Source: Candidatus Kapaibacterium sp.
Lineage (GTDB): Bacteria > Bacteroidota > Ignavibacteria > Kapaibacteriales > Kapaibacteriaceae
Length of the DNA stretch: 34,700 nucleotides
Direction of reading: 5' to 3'
Assembly: GCA_038202665.1 (NCBI GenBank)
Contig: JBBRES010000003.1
Coordinates: forward strand, 1-34,700
A program made the position numbers and the translations under genes. Numbering within the stretch: the first letter of the stretch is position 1; each line of letters starts with the position of its first letter. Positions 31,451 through 34,700 of this stretch are shown piece after piece. The notes under the pieces were generated by a model. That model saw only the letters and a program-made list of their open reading frames with translations. It made no database searches and was not told the DNA's origin.

Positions 31451-32218
31451 TTACAGAATGATGAAGTCTTTGTTGCCATATCCGCGTAAGCGCCTACATA
31501 CTTCATATCCTTCGCGATCGCCGTCGTCGTTTGTGTTGCCTTCTACGGTCTCAAAGTACTCGTCGTGAACGGCAGTTACGATGCCAGTGTGTGTGTAGTC
31601 TGTGGAAGTTTTCGCCGCGCGCACAAGGAAGAGAGCTCCAGGTCGAAGCAATGCTTTCCTCCCTGCATCCTTCGCAATCTCTTTTTCGGTCAGAAGGATT
31701 TCCTTGTCTGCAGCCTGAGATGCGAGGATGTCGCACGAGGCAGTTGGCTTGAGTGGGTTACGGTCTACCTTCGAACCTTCCGACGCTTGAGCAAGGATGT
31801 AGGTAACGAAGCCGGCACACCATGGCCAGTCCTTGCCTTCCTTGCCATTCATGTAGAGGCGGACCCATGGACCTGCATTCTGTCCACCGATTTCCATCGG
31901 GTGCGACTTCAAATGCTGGCGCGCCGCTGCAACAACTCGCTGCGCAAAAGTCTCAGCCGTGGTCGACAAGGGGCGCGTCGCATTTCGTAGCGGAAGAAGA
32001 AGTGCGTTCCACGCCTCTTCATCTACAATGCCTGTAGCGGAGATTCTTGCTTTCGTTTGAAACTTGCGAACAGTCGCTTCTGTGGCCGCACCGAAGGATC
32101 CATCGATCGACAGTTTGCAGTCGCTCAAACAGAGCCATTCTTGGAGAAGCTTTACAGCTGCACCTTTCGAGCCGCGCTCGAGAGGTAGCTTCACTGTGTA
32201 TTCTTTTGGCAGTTGCAT
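31451..32218 (-). CDS. Peptidoglycan-binding domain + CHAP amidase/peptidase
   Basis: LERGSKGAAVKLLQ...IDGSFGAATEATVRKFQ...TGIVD (PG_binding_1); PWCAGFV, HTGIV and TVEGNT (CHAP Cys-His-Glu). Confidence 0.88.
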   Translation of the reverse strand: MQLPKEYTVKLPLERGSKGAAVKLLQEWLCLSDCKLSIDGSFGAATEATVRKFQTKARISATGIVDEEAWNALLLPLRNATRPLSTTAETFAQRVVAAARQHLKSHPMEIGGQNAGPWVRLYMNGKEGKDWPWCAGFVTYILAQASEGSKVDRNPLKPTASCDILASQAADKEILLTEKEIAKDAGRKALLRPGALFLVRAAKTSTDYTHTGIVTAVHDEYFETVEGNTNDDGDREGYEVCRRLRGYGNKDFIIL

Positions 32219-32222
32219 AAGC

Positions 32223-34190
32223 CTACATGTTACGGCGGTACTGACCGCCTACGTGATAAAGGGCGTTGGAGAGTTCGCCGAGTGAGCAAACCTTAGCAGC
32301 CTCCATTAACGACGCAAACACATTGTGGTTTTGAACCGCTGCATGCTTCAGTGTTTGAAGTGCGTCGCTCGACACATCCCTGTTGCGTTGTTGAAACGCT
32401 CGGACATTGTTGATCTGTTGCTCTTTCTCATCTACGGTCGATCGGATCACTTCGGCTGGGACGATTGTTGGTGATCCCTTTGTTGACAAGAACGTATTCA
32501 CGCCAATGATGGGATACTCACCCGTGTGCTTCAGCGTTTCGTAGTACAGAGACTCTTCTTGAATCTTGTTTCGTTGATACATGCTTTCCATTGCACCAAG
32601 CACACCCCCGCGATCGCTGATGCGTTTGAATTCTGTGAGCACGGCATCTTCGACAAGGTCTGTGAGTTCTTCGGTGATGAATGACCCTTGCATTGGATTC
32701 TCGTTCTTTGCCAATCCGAGCTCACGATTAATGATGAGCTGGATCGCAACGGCTCTGCGCACACTTTCCTCTGTAGGTGTAGTGATGGCTTCGTCGTACG
32801 CATTGGTGTGCAAGGAATTGCAGTTGTCGTAGATGGCATACAACGCTTGCAGCGTCGTTCGAATGTCGTTGAAGTCGATCTCCTGTGCGTGCAACGACCT
32901 GCCTGATGTTTGAATATGGTACTTCAACATCTGGGATCTATCGTTACCGCCATACTTGTTCTTCATCGCCTTTGCCCAGATACGTCGAGCAACACGACCA
33001 ATCACGCTGTACTCAGGGTCTACGCCGTTTGAAAAGAAGAACGAGAGGTTCGGAGCGAAGTCGTCGATGTTCATTCCCCGAGACAGGTAGTACTCCACAT
33101 ATGTAAATCCATTTGCGAGCGTAAGTGCGAGCTGCGTGATGGGATTTGCTCCCGCCTCTGCGATATGATATCCGCTGATCGAGACGCTATAGAAGTTTCG
33201 TACACCTTCTTCAATGAAGTACTGTTGCACGTCTCCCATCATGCGAAGTGCGAATTCTGTCGAGAAAATGCACGTGTTTTGTGCTTGATCCTCTTTGAGA
33301 ATATCTGCTTGCACTGTTCCGCGAACACTTTGCAATGCTGTGCGTTTGCACTGCTCGTACACGTCGGCTGGTAGTACTTGGTCGCCGGTTACGCCAAGCA
33401 ACATCAAGCCAAGTCCTGTGTTTCCCTCTGGTAGATCTGTAGTACCGTCACCATGTCGGTACACCGGTCGTTGCATTCCCTTTGTCGCAAATATCTCGTC
33501 GATCTTCCGTTGTGTTTGCGCTTCGAGACCGTTCTTTACGATATACCGCTCACATTGCTGATCGATGGCCGCATTCATGAAGAAAGAAAGAACCATTGGC
33601 GCAGGACCATTGATGGTCATCGACACCGACGTCGTAGGCGAACACAGATCGAAACCCGAGTAGAGTTTCTTTGCGTCGTCGAGCGTAGCAATGCTTACTC
33701 CCGAGTTACCGATTTTTCCATAGATATCCGGTCGCACGTCGGGATCTTCGCCATACAACGTCACCGAGTCGAATGCCGTGCTCAATCGAGCAGCTGGCAT
33801 CCCCTTGGAGAGATAGTGAAATCGCCGATTTGTACGTTCAGGTCCGCCTTCGCCTGCGAACATGCGCGTTGGATCCTCACCTTGTCGTTTGAACGGATAC
33901 ACGCCAGCGGTAAATGGAAACTCACCCGGAACATTCTCCTGCATACACCACCGTACGATCTCGCCCCAATCGCGAAAACGAGGCAGCGAGATTTTTGGCA
34001 CCTTCGTGTGAGAAAGAGAGGTAGTGTAGTTTTCTACCTTGATCTCCTTGCCGCGCACAGTGTAGGTATAGAACTCACCTTCGTAGGACAAACGTTTACT
34101 CTCCCAACCTTCGAGAAGTGCGCGCACTTCATGATGGAGCTGGACGTGCAGCTCATCATATCGTGCAACAAGTTCTTCCTTTGCGTTCAT
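32223..34190 (-). CDS. icmF: Acyl-CoA mutase substrate-binding domain of IcmF type (isobutyryl-CoA mutase fusion), N-terminally truncated or split
   Basis: [75 protein letters not shown] and the terminal GGQYRRNM are typical of IcmF. No DxHxxG or P-loop is present. Confidence 0.8.
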   Translation of the reverse strand: MNAKEELVARYDELHVQLHHEVRALLEGWESKRLSYEGEFYTYTVRGKEIKVENYTTSLSHTKVPKISLPRFRDWGEIVRWCMQENVPGEFPFTAGVYPFKRQGEDPTRMFAGEGGPERTNRRFHYLSKGMPAARLSTAFDSVTLYGEDPDVRPDIYGKIGNSGVSIATLDDAKKLYSGFDLCSPTTSVSMTINGPAPMVLSFFMNAAIDQQCERYIVKNGLEAQTQRKIDEIFATKGMQRPVYRHGDGTTDLPEGNTGLGLMLLGVTGDQVLPADVYEQCKRTALQSVRGTVQADILKEDQAQNTCIFSTEFALRMMGDVQQYFIEEGVRNFYSVSISGYHIAEAGANPITQLALTLANGFTYVEYYLSRGMNIDDFAPNLSFFFSNGVDPEYSVIGRVARRIWAKAMKNKYGGNDRSQMLKYHIQTSGRSLHAQEIDFNDIRTTLQALYAIYDNCNSLHTNAYDEAITTPTEESVRRAVAIQLIINRELGLAKNENPMQGSFITEELTDLVEDAVLTEFKRISDRGGVLGAMESMYQRNKIQEESLYYETLKHTGEYPIIGVNTFLSTKGSPTIVPAEVIRSTVDEKEQQINNVRAFQQRNRDVSSDALQTLKHAAVQNHNVFASLMEAAKVCSLGELSNALYHVGGQYRRNM

Positions 34191-34200
34191 ATCAAACCAT

Positions 34201-34700
34201 TCAATTGTGTTTGATCGTATTCAACGTGATTGGCGTCGATCCCAACTTTCCTCCAACCCACAACGTGTAGATCTTATTTGCTTCGAACGAAAGATCTGGC
34301 AACTCAACAAGGATGCTTCCTGTGCTGTGAAGTCGAACCTTCATCGTGTACGCGCCTGGAGGCAAGAGGAGATAGCTCTTACCGCTTGATGCTGATACAC
34401 TAACACCCTTGTATGGGATGTTCTGCATTCCTGGTATCTCGTACACAGATGGACCGATGTTTGTGATCAGATCCACTGGTGCCGAGGCGGGCGATGCATT
34501 GATGAATCGCACGAGTGCCTGTGCAGAGTTCGGAACAGTTTCGTCTGTGAGTTTCAACGATTCGAGTCCGCCGGCCACCGTACCAATAGCGAAAACGCTA
34601 TAGGCCTTGCCTACCTCCACAGCAACCTTGATAGACGCCACTGGTATCGCACCAGCGCTCACGCTCACGGTTCGTTCGCCCGGGTCGACAAGTTGATAGG
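34201..34700 (-). CDS. DUF4397-like exported protein, 3' part; frame is open to the right edge
   Basis: [10 protein letters not shown]...[17 protein letters not shown]...GAYTMKV...[10 protein letters not shown]. The upstream in-frame codons [10 protein letters not shown] contain no stop. Confidence 0.75.
   Translation of the reverse strand, partial: YQLVDPGERTVSVSAGAIPVASIKVAVEVGKAYSVFAIGTVAGGLESLKLTDETVPNSAQALVRFINASPASAPVDLITNIGPSVYEIPGMQNIPYKGVSVSASSGKSYLLLPPGAYTMKVRLHSTGSILVELPDLSFEANKIYTLWVGGKLGSTPITLNTIKHN

Noticed and set aside
31451-32218. Prophage remnant around the CHAP gene
   Set aside because: No integrase, holin, structural genes or att-like repeats; the flanks are housekeeping genes.
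32223-34190. Ordinary methylmalonyl-CoA mutase large subunit (MutB or split McmA1)
   Set aside because: It has [18 protein letters not shown] and an IcmF-like linker and C-terminus instead of RQYAG and QNDILKE.
1-34700. CRISPR array, tRNA/rRNA, IS elements
   Set aside because: No regularly spaced direct repeats, cloverleaf or rRNA-like segments, or transposase ORFs were seen. The intergenic gaps are all under 200 bp.

Overview
Gene-dense, mostly minus-strand chromosomal window from a Bacteroidota/Chlorobi-lineage bacterium. T9SS cargo with C-terminal sorting domains, TAnnTTTG promoter boxes and retained Shine-Dalgarno sites suggest a Kapabacteria/Ignavibacteria-like organism, but this is inference only. 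The left part holds a partial guaA, a beta-barrel protein, an MFS transporter, cdd, mutY, a DUF6588-like protein and a surface-glycan cluster (GT4, methyltransferase, GT2, GT9, beta-barrel, ArnC/Dpm1-like GT2). The centre (11.6-25.9 kb) holds five tandem secreted proteins, each ending in a T9SS sorting domain, and none has a catalytic domain I can recognise. They contain candidate cohesin modules, a dockerin-like module with insertions in both Ca-binding loops, a NIDO-like domain, a Pmp-like GGA(I/L/V)/FxxN beta-helix, cadherin/He_PIG Ig domains and a shared unnamed module. I read this as a candidate non-cellulosomal, T9SS-exported cohesin-dockerin surface complex, which is the main finding. 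The right part holds a TPR protein, a fused 2-oxoacid dehydrogenase E1, gatB, a PLP dehydratase/racemase, a PG-binding+CHAP hydrolase, an IcmF-type mutase lacking its B12-binding and GTPase domains, and a partial DUF4397 protein. I saw no rRNA, tRNA, CRISPR array or mobile element. All domain calls come from motif recognition by eye, not database searches.
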